From the human T2T-CHM13v2.0 reference genome, Homo sapiens, in the NCBI RefSeq assembly GCF_009914755.1, contig NC_060925.1: a stretch of DNA of 64,000 bases; one strand, given 5' to 3'. Below, piece by piece: positions 12,540 to 30,949 of the stretch. A program made the position numbers and the translations under genes. Position 1 is the first letter of the stretch. Each line of letters starts with the position of its first letter. The notes under the pieces were generated by a model. It was given only the letters and a program-made list of their open reading frames with translations, was not told the DNA's origin and made no database searches.

Positions 12540-12876
12540 TCGAATTTTAATTCCCAGTGTTGAATGAGGGGCCTGGTGAGAAGTGACTGAATCATGGGGG
12601 TGGACTTCTCCCTTGCTGTTCTTGTGATAGAGTTCTCCGAGATCTGCTTCTTTAATAGTGTATAGCACCTCCCCCTTACCTCTTATCTGCTGCTGGCCAT
12701 ACAAAGACGTGCTTACGTCCCCTTAGCCTTCTGCCATGATTATAAGTTTCCCGCAGCCTCCCAGAAGCAGAAGCCTGTGCAACCAGCAGAACCAGGAGCC
12801 AATTAAACCTCTTTTCTTTATAAATTACCCAGTTTCAGGTATTTCCTTATATCAGTGTGAGAATGGGCTACTAAAT
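12540..12876 (+). mobile_element. MST (MaLR) LTR, MSTA/MSTB-like
   Basis: ccttgctgttcttgtgatag...gagccaattaaacctcttttctttataaattacccagt terminus. Confidence 0.88.
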
Positions 12877-12989
12877 ATATTCCTCATCCAATTTCTGTGG
12901 TCTTCTCAGCCACAGGAGATATCTTACTAGCCTTTCTATTTAGGATGCCACTTGTCATTAATCTGGGGCCACAGCTAGAGTTAGAGAAG

Positions 12990-13931
<942 letters not shown>

Positions 13932-14759
13932 TAAGCTCTTTTGCTATACAAAGAACCAACTACCACTGAGATAAGCATTCCCTGTTCCTATAAGGCAAAG
14001 GCAGTCATCTACCCATTATTTTGCTTGGTGTGTGCACATGAGTTCCCCACTCATGTACAAGCATGAAAGTAGTAATTATTCCTCTCTGCTGCATAAGGGG
14101 CTATATGCAGTGGAGTGAAGGGAGTGAGTATTCCCTGAAAAGGAAATATTGAAACAAAAAAGTGGAGAGAGGAAAGCATGGGGTAAATTCAGAAGTCAGA
14201 GATGGGTCTGGTTGACCTGGCTCATAGGCTATGTGGAAAAGAATGGGGGCATTAAGAAGGATTCCTTCCAGTCAAAAGTAATAGAAACCTAATGCAAATC
14301 AACAGAGGCTAAATAGGGTTATTATATGAGAGGTCATAGAGGCACTTACAGTTCCAAGTAAGTGCTAGATCTAGGGCCCCAGAAGATGTCAGATAGAGGC
14401 AAGTCTTTGTTTCTGTCTCTGAACTGTTTGGTCTGTCTTCTCAAATAGGATCTCTCCATAGGATCCTTGACCTCTCTAGGCCATATATTATCTGTAAAAT
14501 TTTCAAGCTGTTTCCAGTGAGCCACCAAGGTAAATTAAAGGTGGATTCCAGTGCCAGATTATGCCATGCAGAATTTACAAAGTAAAGGACAGAGAGCCAG
14601 TTCTAACCACTCTTGGATTCTCCTGACAGGTGAAGGTTTTTAAAAGGATGGGGTTATGGAGAAGTTGTGACTGTGAAGAGGGGAAGGATTTTTTTAAAGA
14701 GGTTGGGGGTGTGTGTGTGTGTGCACATGTGTGTGTGTGTGGCAGTAACTCTTCTTCAT

Positions 14760-15690
14760 GTTGTCACCTCTTCATATGAGATACCTCTTTCATTTCAAGC
14801 CCAGTGAGAATTCATCTCTGAGAGCTCTCTAAATTGAGAGACATAGACAACTGATATGCAAGTCACAGCTGACCAAGCTACAGACACCATGACAGCAGGG
14901 TAGAGGAGCTGCACTAAGATTGGCCGACCCTCACAGAGTTTGCTGACGTAAGAGATGTGTCAGTGTTCCTAAGGCCTAGAGGAAGGCCAGGTAAGAGAAG
15001 AGCCAGTGTGGGCTCAACCTGGGTCTTTCCCAAGAAGGTCACAAAGAAGGGTGGGGGTAACCCCAACAGCAAGAAACTGGAGGTGAATGGCACGTTCTTA
15101 GGGTCTGCAGAGGGACTCACAAGAAATTCATCAAAATGAGTCAGAGGAATGACAGAAAATAGCTTTCCAATATTGGGAATATTCGAAGGTACTTTGAAAG
15201 TACCTGCGAGAGGTACCCAGATAGCATGAAGACAGCTTAGTTTAGAATCATTTTAAGTAGAGGTCTTTCTCACTTGTTAGCATCCCTTCTTCTCCACCCA
15301 TCACTCTGATCTCAAAGGGATCAGAAACTACTTAACAAGCTTGGGGATTGAGCCGTTAGGAAAATAGAGAAATATGGTAGAGAAATGCAAAAAAAAAAAG
15401 TCAACCATGTCATTCCTCCCCACCCCTATTCCCTGCCGCCTCCCAGCCGGAAGCAGGCCTAAGTTGGGGAATAGGAGAATATTTTACTTTAAATCAAGTT
15501 TAAAGTTGTCATTAACATTTTGGACTCAGCATTGTAATTTCTAAATTGGGACTGTATTGGTGACTTCAAGTAACTCTAGGACCAATGTATAATCCGAAAA
15601 TTGGCCAACAAAAAGTTTTATCTAGGTCAGATAAAATTTTGAAGGGATAATGGAAAACAAAAATAATTTCATTTGATTGCGTTATAAGTA
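14760..15690 (+). mobile_element. Ancient LTR, MamGypLTR-like
   Basis: tttaaatcaagtttaaagttg...ggactgtattggtgacttcaagtaac resembles MamGypLTR 3' halves as I recall them. Boundaries uncertain. Confidence 0.45.
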
Positions 15691-16414
15691 CTGTTTACAT
15701 CTCCCTAGAGATCATGGCTTCAGAGGGAAAAGCACAGTCACTCTTCCAGAATCCATAACAGTTCCTGAAAAAGACTTCTTAAGTCAGCATCTCCTCCACA
15801 CCCACCAAACCTGTGACAAGGAAGCCATATGGCTATTAACAGCCCCACCTGGGTCACTTAGAGAAAGCAAGAGGCAGATTTCAAAAGAAGACACTGGCAG
15901 CACATAGATATCCACTACAACAGGAAGTGATGGCATGTGGATTCTGAAAGATTGTAAGATGAATCACTCCTAATGAAAGGACTCAATCAATGCAGAACCT
16001 CAAGTTCTGTTAGGTGGACTGGCATACAGAATATGGGAACATTCTGTTGGGACTCAGATCTCGAAAGTTAGAAACCCAGCAAGGTGAAAGAGTGACAGCA
16101 GGGGCTTCCTTGTGGGCTTTGTCATTCCCATGTCATCCATGGTGCCACTCATAGGTCACTTGCTTCAGCCTGGTCATAGGACCATACAACCCTCTCAGAT
16201 ATGCCTACTGGGCAGGGTGAAAGGCAAGCACCACAGCCATCCCTGTGGATTGTCCTAAACCTTGTGACGCTTCTATGAACCAGTTTAGTGGGTCTTCCAG
16301 TAGCCTGCAGACAGGTGCGAAGAGGCTAATACTTCCATATAGTATTGCAGAAAAAATTGAAAGTACTTAGTCCATACTTAAAAGGCATCTTATCTTGTAA
16401 ACATCTTGTGTTAT

Positions 16415-16870
16415 ATGTTCATTCACTTATTAAAAAATTAATATATATATTTATACTCTGACTATATGATCAGCATTGTGTTATAATCTGGGAATACAAA
16501 AAGTATTTAGAAAAAAATGCCTATATATTTGTCTCCCTCAGCAGAATTGAGTTCTTCTAGAGTGGATACCCTGCCTGCCTTATTCACAACTGGGTCTCCA
16601 ACACCTAGAAAAATTTCTGGTATACAGCAGGCACTCAATTAATGTGGCTTGATTAGATAAATCAGGACAATCACTGTCTTCAAGAAGATTAAAGTCCAGT
16701 GGAGGAGAAAGATATGTAAGCACAATGAAGTGTGGTAAGTTCTGTGACACAGGAAATCATAAAACTATATGTCAACAAACAGAGGGTGGGCGTGAGGGAG
16801 GAGTGAATAAGGCTTCCAAAAGATGATGCAATGTGGGACATTAATGGATGAACAGAACATTGCCCATTTG
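16415..16870. mobile_element. Cluster of L2 fragments in both orientations
   Basis: ttcattcacttatt (- tail); tatacagcaggcactcaattaatg (+ 3' end); - strand body from 16660. Confidence 0.55.
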
Positions 16871-18929
16871 TGCCATGGTTCTCCTCCCCTATTCTTCTCT
16901 TTGAGGATTCTAGATTTCATGTGTTCTCTTTTGATGGCTTGGGACAATGGGCAGAGATGAGCACTCTGGGCCTGCTGTGTCCTGGGTGTGGCTGTGTGGG
17001 TCTTTCTGTAGCTGTGCCAGGGGAATGACTTTACAGGATCTCAGCAACAAGCCCAGGGTACTGTAGCTTGTGGGATCTTGGCAGAACTGTCTCAGTGCTA
17101 AGGTCAGAATTGGGGAAAGATGTTGTAATTGCCTTAAAGGCACGTGGACTCAAAGGCAACGCGGACACTGAACACAGCTCCTTTCGCAGACTGCACTTGC
17201 AGGGAAGTGAATGGGAGCTTTTCCCATGTGTGGCCAAATCGATGGGGTTAAATATGATTAAGCCCAAACATGTAAAAACAAAATTCCCAAGTTAATGGTG
17301 ATGTAATATTCTGTTAGGGTTAGGCCAGATTATAGCTGATTGCGTTGCTTCATATTGGAACCTGGTCAAAACGTTGATTCCTGTTATAAATCCTGTAGTC
17401 ATCCCCAGGAATAGCATTATCCACCAAAAAAAAAAAAAAAAAAAAAAAAAAGGCCTTTCTAAAGTTTCTAGAGAGTTTCAATGAGAAATTTCTTAGCAAC
17501 ACCTGGAAAAACCACAAACAACACAACCGGCTGTTGGGGAGCCCCAGGAAAATGCCACACATCTAGAGTAGGGAGCCTGCTGTGCCCTTCTCAGGCATCC
17601 TAAGAGCGCAGGCCTGGGTTGAATGTGCTCTACCCCACATCCTAACAGGGAAGAAAAGCACGAGGCCATTAAACAAAAAGGAAAAATAATACCACACGTC
17701 GCTGAAATCACATCCAACTGGGGCCAGGGCTCGATCTGCAATTCTTCATCCTTTCTGGTCTTCATTCAGCAGCCACTGACACCCCCACAGGATGGATTCT
17801 TTTTCCAGGGCAACAAATGCTCAATTCATCAGGGAACCAAAGCACAGCTCCTGTGCAATTTGTCCAGGATCCTTACAAACATTGAATATAAATGGAAACC
17901 AAAGACATATTATTTTCGGAAGTGAACATATTTTCACCCTAGTTTAGGATGTTGATCCTTATCACTCCCTTCCACATAGAGAGTGTCCCTTCTTTGCACC
18001 TTGCTCCTAGTGACTTCAAAGGAAGCCTGGAAGGAGCCCCGTAACATGGGTTACCCTGCTGTGTTCCAACCATAGTGTTTCTGACAGCACTTAAGTGCAA
18101 AAGCAAATGTTTCGTCTAGGTAAGGACCTAAAATAACGAGGCTTGGCTTTTTAAAAGATTAGGTACAAGAAAGGAAAACGCTACATGAAGTCATAACAGT
18201 AAGAGTTATCATGGTGTGTATATGCAACATCTGGATTCTAGGGATTATGCCAATAAGCACAGCAGTGTTGTTAAAGCCCTGGGCACAATTAAATCTCAAC
18301 CCTGAGTTAATTAAAAAAGAAAAAAAACTGAACATAGTTATTTAATTTTGAATCTGAGTCCGTTTTGTAAAGCTGTTAGAATTGAACAAAAGCTGGCAAA
18401 TGATTCTATATTAAAAGGTGAGATGTTTTCTTGTTTAATCAAAAATATACAGTAGACTCTATATACTCAATTTAAATATAGCAGAGAGTTAAGAATGAAA
18501 ATGCTTATTATTGCTCGCATTATTCCCAGACTCATCTTGGAAATTTCCATCCACATAATTTCTCCTCTGACCCTGTCCTTGGAGCTAACATGTCTCCCAG
18601 ATTCTTCAATGCTATCACCTGCCTGGCCTGCTGTTGATGGTGTAATGGAAAAAAGGAGGAGTCCGCAAAATGAACCTCTAGTCACCCTCTCCCGTCTGCT
18701 GATGGCCTGGTGACAGGTTAGTTGGCCTCCTTAACCTCAATTACTTCATGCAAATAATAATATTTTGCCTGTCTAAAAGCAGGAGGCTAGACAAGATAAA
18801 ACATGTATATCCATTCCATGTATAGTTTATTGACTTTATCTTAAATTAGTGCCCTGGATCAACCAAATCACTATGCTATGAACACAGAACTTATATACAA
18901 TGAAAAAGAATTAAGTAAAAATATGGCTT

Positions 18930-19350
<421 letters not shown>

Positions 19351-19746
19351 AGCTTATGTAATTTTGCTTATACCTACTTGTTTTCATTTGAGCAACTTGA
19401 TGTTTTCTCAGTTTATGATGAATTGTTTCTATCAGCAGATGATTCCTTGAGGTTTCATCGCCAGCTAGAAGAAACACAGCTCTATTATGTTTTTCAGAGG
19501 AATTTAAAATAACGTTGAAAACAAAAAGTCAGGTTGGTCACTAAAATGCCCCTTGAAGGCACCCTTTCTTTCTCATTTTTATAGCTCTGCCTGACCTTAA
19601 GCCTTCAGCACTTCCTGCCTTATTACCATAGCTTTCTTATTGGTCTGCCTGTATTCCAAATTATCTTCCTCCAATTCAATTATTTTTCTACCACTTATTT
19701 TTCTAAATGTAGATCTAATTATTTTCCTTCTTTGATTAAAATCTGA

Positions 19747-20046
<300 letters not shown>

Positions 20047-20166
20047 GGTCATGCTCCTTCTTACAGGCCTTTCACACAGTAGCTCTAACTTGAATTTTCA
20101 TCTCATCTCCTGTCATTCCTCAACATGAGATGTCTGACTGGTGGCAAGGGACATTGGCCATCCTAC

Positions 20167-20726
20167 TGTGTCTGGAATTGGTTCCTTCCGGTGGGTTCTT
20201 GGTCTCGCTGACTTCAAGAATGAAGCTGCAGCCCCTCGTGGTGAGTGTTGCAGTTCTTAAAGATGGTGTGTCCAGAGTTTGTTCCTTCTGATGTTCGGAT
20301 GTGTCCAGAGCTTCTTCCTTCTGGTGGGTTCGTGGTCTCGCTGACTTCAGGAGTGAAGCTGCAGACCTTTGCAGTGAGTGTTATAGCTCATAAAGGCGGC
20401 ATGGACCCAAAGAGTGAGCAGCAGCAAGATTTATTGCAAAGAGCAAAAGAACAAAGCTTCCACAACGTGGAAGGGGACCCGAGCCAGTTGTTGCTGCTGG
20501 CTCGGGTGGCCTGCTTTTATTCCCTTATTTGGCCCCACCCACATCCTGCCGATTGGTCCATTTTACAGAGTGCTGATTGATCCATTTTACAGAGTGCTGA
20601 TTGGTGCGTTTACAATCCTTTAGCTGGACACAGAGTGCTGACTGGTGCATTTACAATCCTCTAGCTAGACAGAAAAGTTCTCCAAGTCCCCGCCCGACCC
20701 AGAAGCCCAGCTGGCTTCACCTCTCA
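20167..20726 (-). mobile_element. Solo LTR12F-like (ERV9 LTR), 560 bp
   Basis: TG...CA termini on the - strand (tgagaggtgaagccagc...gacaca); repeated acagagtgctgattgg units; 4-bp TSD CTAC/CCAC. Confidence 0.92.
20514..20604 (-). promoter_or_regulatory. LTR12 core promoter: CCAAT (NF-Y) boxes and AATAAAAG TATA-like box
   Basis: ATTGG on + at 20552-56 and 20600-04 (copies at 20576 and 20641 are mutated); cttttatt at 20514-21; LTR poly(A) signal tttatt at 20430-35. Activity is inferred. Confidence 0.55.
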
Positions 20727-20799
20727 CCACCACATTCCTCATGTACCTTCTCACCTACAAGATAGCCCATGCTATTATTTCTCTGTAGGATTCTCTTTG

Positions 20800-21411
20800 G
20801 TTTTAGTTTTCTATTGCTGTAGTGTCTTAAAAAAACACTCAATGGCTAAGTGACTAAAACATCCATTTATTTTCTTACGTAGGCTAGAAGTCCAGGCCAG
20901 GCAGAGCTGAGTTCCCTGATTGGTATTCCATAAGGCTGAAGTCAAGTTGTCAGAGTCAGCTGGAGCCTTGAATAAGGAAAGATCTGTTTCCAAGCAGTTT
21001 CAGATGCTCAGCAGAATTAGTGCCCTTGTTGTAGCTGTAGGACCCAAGTTCCCATGATACTGCTAGCTATTGTCTGGGATCTGCACTCAGCTCTCAGAGG
21101 CTACTTTCAGGTCCTTGCCACATGGTCCCCACCATAGACCATCTCACACTTTCAATCTCTGTGACTTCAGGAAGGGCTCAGACCCTTTTAAATGTTCAAC
21201 TGATTAGATAAGGCCCACCCAGATATCCACCTTTTTATTAACTCAACTGATTAGAGACCTTACTTACATCTGCAAAATTTCTTTTGCCATAGATACAGTG
21301 CAATCACAGGAGTAATATCTCATTACATCCACAGATTTCATGCACTGTCAATTGGAGGGAATTATACAAAGTCAAGGTCATTGCAGTCATCTTCAAATTC
21401 TGTCCACCACA
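20800..21411 (-). mobile_element. MLT1E-like MaLR LTR
   Basis: ttagttttctattgctg...aggcccacccagat...tacatctgcaaaat...aattctgtccaccaca. Confidence 0.8.
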
Positions 21412-23239
21412 CTTTCCTTTTCTTCTCTGCTGGAAAAACTGCTATTCATCATGTAGGATCTAGCTTATATGAGTCTTCTATGTTAAGTAGTCCTGACATC
21501 CTCAGGCTGGGGTGCTGGCTCTGTGATCACCATGGATCCCCATTCATCCCAATAGCATTATATTTACCATCTTCTATTAGACCTAAATATATGTAGTCGT
21601 TTGATTAAAATGTAAGAAAGGAATATTGAGAAACTCTCAGTTTTGTTTTGTATACCCCAGATCCCTTGTTTGTTGATACTGTGTTCTCTGCGTTAAAATG
21701 CCTGTCTAAATATTGTTTGTGCTACTTGAAAGGGAGGTATGCCATGCTACCAAGTAAGGAATATTTTCTCAAATAAAGGTGGAGCCTTCATGTCAGGTGA
21801 AGTGTGAGTCTCCCTTACCTTGCATATTAACATTACACATTCAATAGCTCAGGCTTTTCATGGCCAGTGGCATTGATACAAGGAACCCAGTGTAAGATTA
21901 GAACTGCTAATCATTCATTATGTATTCCCATTTGCTTACAAAGGACAAGATCATATGAAAATACATCCTCAGGAAATTGGTTAGACAAATGCTGAAGAAT
22001 AGGTGTAATTTTCTAAAATTTCAGTTTTAACAATTACTTTGCATCTTTATCCAAATGAATAAAGCCGGTGGTGGCCTTAAACGGAAGAATGGCCTAGATA
22101 CAATTTTTTTTCCCCTGTGAAACCTTTCTTTCATAAAAGAAATAGAAGGAATTCACCTTTAGTGTGCTTGATTTTTCCTCTTGAGAATCATTCTGGTCTC
22201 GTTCAGCTTTCCAAGGACTAGTGAATCCAGCTTTTTGTATCATTCTGTCCAAGTGCACACAATTGAGATGAAAGCCGTGTGAGATTATTGGATAGTACAT
22301 AGACACCAATGTAAATTCAAGATTGGGAAGAAACAATTGTTTTTGCCTACTTATCAATGCAAAATATATTCTGCTTTGTCTGTTTTCTGGAAAGAAAACT
22401 GGAATTTGAGTAATTTTATACTATAGCTGAGTTTCAGGATTCCTCATTTTGAAAAGAATGAGCATGGGAAATTATCCAGAACCACAGCTCTTTCCTGTGA
22501 CTCTCAAAAAAAAACAAACTGGAACTTCCCTCCCTGTATTCTTTCATGCAGGACAGTACCATTCAACAACTACTGTGAGTTCAGAAATTCCCAGATAACA
22601 GTCAGATGAAAGAAAAAATGACTCCTACCTTTTAACACGTTTGTATAGAGATCTGGGTTCTAAACTCTGCCAATGGAATGCTGGAAACAGGGGCACCAGT
22701 TAGGATAATATTTAACAAAGCATTTTGAACTGGCACCAAGCTTCCATTAATGGAATTAAAAAAGATCTGCCAGTGTTCTGGGGAAGATGATTCCCACAGT
22801 TCCCCTCCAAAATGTTTTAAAATGTGCAGGGAAAAAAAAGGGATGAATCAAGAATACCTCACAGACAATTTTTCTAAGCTGAGATGAATTGTGTTAGCTT
22901 CTGTTCCCCCACAATATATATGGATCCTGCCATTGCCCTAATCAGCAGAGATGGTTTAAAAATTGATCTGAAAAATCAGCACTTGACCCTGTGACTCCGC
23001 TTTTTGTCGACACTTTCAATCACATCTGGTCTTTAACTGTAAGATTGTTGGCCTATTCCAGAGTCCATTGCTCTGACAGCTGCATGCATTTTGCACGCAG
23101 AATAACTCCTCTCCCAGAGATTTAGGAAACCAGGACAACACAGCTTTCATTGCTAGATCACTTAACCACAAAAAAGAATTCTAATAAGTTTCCACAAAAA
23201 GGCCCTTTGGCCTGAGACATTGAAAAGGAAGAAGCACTG

Positions 23240-23450
23240 TGAGAGACTATTGGCAAGGGCATACACTTGGGTACAGGGAAACCTTGATTTAAATTCAAAC
23301 TCTATCTTTCAGCCTCAGTTATACAAAAAAGTAAGACATTATGTCCTCTGGAAACAACAACAACAACAAAACAAACATATTGTAGAGATTAAAATGAAGC
23401 ACAACTGTCTTGAAAATACTTTTAAATATAATTGTATAAGTTATATTATT
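23240..23450 (+). mobile_element. MIR SINE
   Basis: ttcagcctcagtt...ttgtagagattaaaatga core. Confidence 0.55.
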
Positions 23451-23699
23451 TAACTGGGCAGCATCATACTGACCTTCTAGTCCAGAACAACCTGGTAGTT
23501 ATAAAAAATATGTATATTCATTAATTCTACAAGGATTTACTGAACATCTACAATGTGTCAAACTCATTTCTAAAAATATGTGATATAAGTTGCCTCCATA
23601 TGATAATAAAGAAATAATTTTGTTGAATAATCAACCTTTTCATTTTAAACTATTGTTTTATAACATAAGCCATATACTAAATGGTCCTCTCTTCAAAAT

Positions 23700-23890
23700 T
23701 TTACATTTATTGCACATCTACTGGGCTACCTCATTTAAACCACCTAAAGATCACGTGAAATAAGATACCACTTCATAACTCATATTCAGAGGGTTTAAAC
23801 CATACGCCCAAGGTCACATAGCTTGTTGAATAGATGAATCAGCCAAGATTCTACGTCTGACTGCATAGTGTATGTTTATATCACCCTATT
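23700..23890 (-). mobile_element. MIR SINE
   Basis: ctcattta...cagagggtttaa...gcccaaggtcacatagct...gtctgact. Confidence 0.7.
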
Positions 23891-24079
23891 ATGTTAACTT
23901 CTTAAGGATGCTGATTATTTGAATAAGCCAAAAGCTTCAGCATTTTTCACAGGCTTTCAAAGAGATTGACCTCAATGCAACACAAAAACAATCCAGCGTA
24001 TTTAGGTCATCTGAAAAAAGTTATCTTATAAAAATGTTAAGACTTTCTATAACTTAGGCTAGAGGTTTTATATAAATTC

Positions 24080-24480
24080 CTTGTGATGGCACCTAACTTT
24101 GTTTGTCCTATGACTCCATCTATGTCTCCAGCTTCCTAAGAAGTTCCTGTCATCCATCCTCCTGGTCTCTGTGCCACTGCACTCTGGCCACGTCATGTGA
24201 CTTATCATCCCCCACATACCCTGAGTTTTACCTGACTCCATGACTCTTCCCAGAGATCTTTTCAGCCACTCTTTGACTTCAGTAGTTGGAATTGGGGATT
24301 CCCTTCAATTGGCTCCAGTGACCTTCTGTGTGTATCTTTATTATTGTATGGATGGTATTTAAATTATAGATTCATATTAGGTTATGAATTCACTATAGCT
24401 TACTTATGTTTGTGATCCTACTGTCTGGTATAGTGTTAGCATGTGACTTAATACATGATCATTAAATGAGTAGATAGTAA
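24080..24480 (+). mobile_element. L2 3' fragment
   Basis: ctgcactctggccac...gtctggtatagtgttagcatgtgacttaatacatg. Confidence 0.55.
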
Positions 24481-25517
24481 TTTCTCTATGTAACATTCTC
24501 CATGTTACAAGAGAATGTACTTTCTCTTTTTGTTCTTTTATGTTCATGAAAAATTAGAATGTTAGATGACTTTTTATTGTAGTTGAATATTTTCAAAGCA
24601 AGGCTTAGGGTGATTTCCTCAACATCTCTTGTAGTCACACATGGAAGTGACCAGTCATATATCCCTAAACACATGAAAGCAGAAAAGCATGATCATTTAT
24701 ACCACCCTCTCCACCACCATACATATTCTAGTGCAAAAGAACACACAGTGCATTCTTTCATTCATTCAACTAAAATTTGCCACTTAACTTCTAAGACATT
24801 TCAATCACAAATAAAAGGATTAGTTTTCCTTAAAGACTTGATACTCTTAATTCTCGTGATTACAATGAGCAGCTCTGATCTCTGAGATTTCTAAGATATT
24901 CTTATTTAAGTGTTATGGAGACTTCCCATTTCTGCCAAGATGTCAAAATAACGTAAGACTCTGTCTTCCTCTCCTAAATTCAACTCTGAATATAACACAA
25001 GTGTAAGAAGAGGGTGAGATTGACCAGTCTGAGAAAATAATGCTGCAACTTTGAGAAACCCCTGGAAAGAGAAGATAAATGAAATCTGATAGAGCTGAGA
25101 GCAGCAGTTCAGAGAAGATGAGGGTTATGTACAATAGGGATTGGGTTGAGAAAAAGCCTTTCTATCTGCTCTTCTCTCACCACAACATTGCCCTGACAGG
25201 ATCACTGCTCATTTCAACATTTCTGCGAAGCAAAAATTGAGCAGCTTCTTACCAGTTCTGCCAGGTTGAAAGGTGGCATTCCAGTGCATCTAGAGGTGCA
25301 TGAAGTGGGAAGCAAAGAACTGCAGATGAGCTAGAAGATTTCTTCTTCCCTCCTCCCTTGTTGCATGAATTCAGTTATGACAATTGAGGAAAACAACTCT
25401 TAGATAAGAACAGGCTAAGGATGATGGAACAGGAAGTTTTACTGAGGGACAGGATTAACTGGTTAGGAGGGTGGTAAGTGGGCCTAGATTAAATACCAAT
25501 ATTCTCCATTGTAATGC

Positions 25518-26213
<696 letters not shown>

Positions 26214-26329
26214 AAGCCACCACATCCAGCCTCTAAGGCATATTTCCCCACACCCATTAAGTCTGTGTGACGTCAAAAGTTAGGACCTGGAGTTTAACTT
26301 CTCTCATTGGACACCTCATTAACCAATGT

Positions 26330-28260
26330 AATAATGCCTCCAGAGAAATATGAGGTTACAATGAATAACAAGAAATTTTATGAGTTACCTGCTATAAAAG
26401 AAAGGTAATACTTTGAACAATTTATAGTAGAGGATCAGAATAAAAGTATTAGACAGAAAACCAATTTAATCCAAACATAATATGTATTTTCAAAGAGATA
26501 TGAAACCACATAGCTATTTGAAATAAAGGCAAAAAGAATTTTTTTTTAAAAAAAGAACTATTTGAAAATCCTGGATAAGAAAAAACAGAGTTGAAATAAA
26601 GAGTTTAATAGCTAAATTAAATAGCATGTTAGAGATGTGGCTGAAGAAAAAAATTTGTATTCTAGAAAGTAGATTGAGAAATTTATCCACAATATATCAG
26701 GAAGAGGTACAGATTATAAAACCAAATTCAACAGCTATGAAGAGTTGAAACAGTTATTATCATCTGTATAGTAGTCCAAAAAAAGGAAAACTAGCAGAAA
26801 AAAAAATATTCTAAGAAGCTCCCAGAATAAAAGATTTAAGATTGAAAAGAGGGCAAAAAAGGTGGATAAGGTAAAGCCAATAACTACATAATGAAACTTA
26901 ACACCATTAAATACAAAATTAAAAAAATTTGACTTAATGAAAATGAGATTACAAAGGAACAAGATCAGATCAACATCGAACTTCTCTTACTGATGTATAG
27001 ATTTTTCTTATAACTCTTGATGTAAGAAAATAATAAATTATATTTCAAAGTATTAAAAAAAGAATTCTAAAGCTATAATTTTATACATAGCTAATCAATG
27101 TTTTAATACAGGCATGAAATAAAGAGCTACTGAAACACCTATAAATTCCAGAGAGTTTACTGCAAAAAGATTCTCTTTGAAAATATTATGAAGAAAGTAA
27201 TCTGACAAAAAGAGAAATAAATATAGAATGACACCATAAGAAAAAAATATGAGTAAAATTAGTAAAATTTAATGCTGGCTACAATAATTTGAAACTAAAA
27301 TGCAAGGTGAAGGGAATTGAGGGAATGTGATATATTATTCTAAGGTACTTGTCTTCTTTAGGGGGAAGACAAAAATATTTATAAAATTAAGAAATAAGGA
27401 AATAAAATAATAGTATGTAAGAATTTTAATATATCTATAGTAACCAGAAGAAGAAAGAAACTAGGTTTAATAAAATATTCTGACCATGTAAAGAAATTTG
27501 TATTTCCAATGGAAGGCAGGAAAGAAGAAAACATAATATAAAATGTGTGGTAAATAAAAAATACTAAAAATGCAGAAATAATATGATGTCTATTCTAATA
27601 CATGTAAGTCAATGAAAATAACTAATCCAAAGCTAAATTATAATACCTTGCAATTATAATATAACATTGGATTACAGTATTTTGATTACAAAACAAGTGC
27701 TTAAAACAAAAAGATATGAAAAAAACAGAAATAAAAGAAAGATAAACTCTAGGCAAAAATGAATCAAAAGAAAACCAGATAATTTTAATATCAGAAAAAA
27801 ATAGAATTTAACTTGAAAAAATAACAAAGGACAAGTACGAACTATATATGCACATAAAGTCAAAATAATAAGAGGTCATAACTATCAGGAACCAAATATG
27901 TACCCCACAATGTAGCATCAATATATATATAAAGTAGCAGCTGATAGAATTATAGTGAGAGATAGATAATGTAATGATTGTAGTTGGAGATTTAAATATA
28001 ACCACCTTGTAATTAAATGGTTAGTAAATAAGTAAAGATATAAAAAATTTGAATAGTATTAATAAGCTTATTAAGAGAGACAGATAAAAAATTACACATA
28101 ACGAATGACAAATATTCTTTTAAATGTAAACACCAACAAAATAGCCATGTACTAATCACAGATGAAACCAACAAATTCCAAGGTCCAACTTGATGAACAC
28201 TATGTTACCTAAACATAATATATTAGATTTGCATTAAAATTAAAAAACAATACAAAAGCT
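26330..28260 (+). mobile_element. Ancient L1M fragment (ORF1 and ORF2 endonuclease start), highly decayed
   Basis: A-rich; ORF1-like aagatcagatcaacatcgaacttctc; EN motifs taatatcagaaaaaatagaattt, aatatgtacccc and attgtagttggagatttaa (IVVGDF-like). Confidence 0.75.
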
Positions 28261-28379
28261 TAGAGGACTTCTGTCTAAAATGAATGTTGAATGTATTCCC
28301 AGGCCCACTAAATTAGCAGTAAAGATTGTACTATTGCAGATTGTGTGTGTGTGTGGAGCATGTGTATGTCTAATATCTA

Positions 28380-29600
<1,221 letters not shown>

Positions 29601-29904
29601 ATAGATAAACCTCAAGATATTGATTTCCTAAATATATAGGGTAGCTGAGCAAAGTCAAAGTCCTGGTTTTTATCTCCTAGAGGACAGGGCTATGCAGAGA
29701 ATGGTCAAAATAGAGCAGGGCCTAATGGTACTCCCCATATGAAAAAGGTCACGAAGAACTCTTTTGGATAACTGAACATAAATATAACAATAACCAGCTA
29801 AAGGAATTGAAAATGTTTAGCTGGGTGAAATGCGCGGCATAAGGGAAATTCTACTTCATAGAATTGTTTTATTTTCTGTATTATATGCATGTGCAGAAAG
29901 AAAT

Positions 29905-30677
<773 letters not shown>

Positions 30678-30949
30678 CATCTAACATGTATTTGGAAGGC
30701 ATCTCAATCTTACTACTAATTAGAAAATACAAACTAAAATCGGTGAGTAATCTATTTATACTCATCAACGGACAAAAATTAGATAGATGATACCAAGACA
30801 AGTTTAGAAAAGGATAATCTCTTCCTTTTAATTGAGGCTTTTAGACTATTTATATTTGATATTATTGGTAAGATTAGGTATAAATCTATCATCTTGTTAT
30901 TTGTTTCTATTTGTTCCATCTATTCTTTGTTCCCTCTATCTTATGCTTT

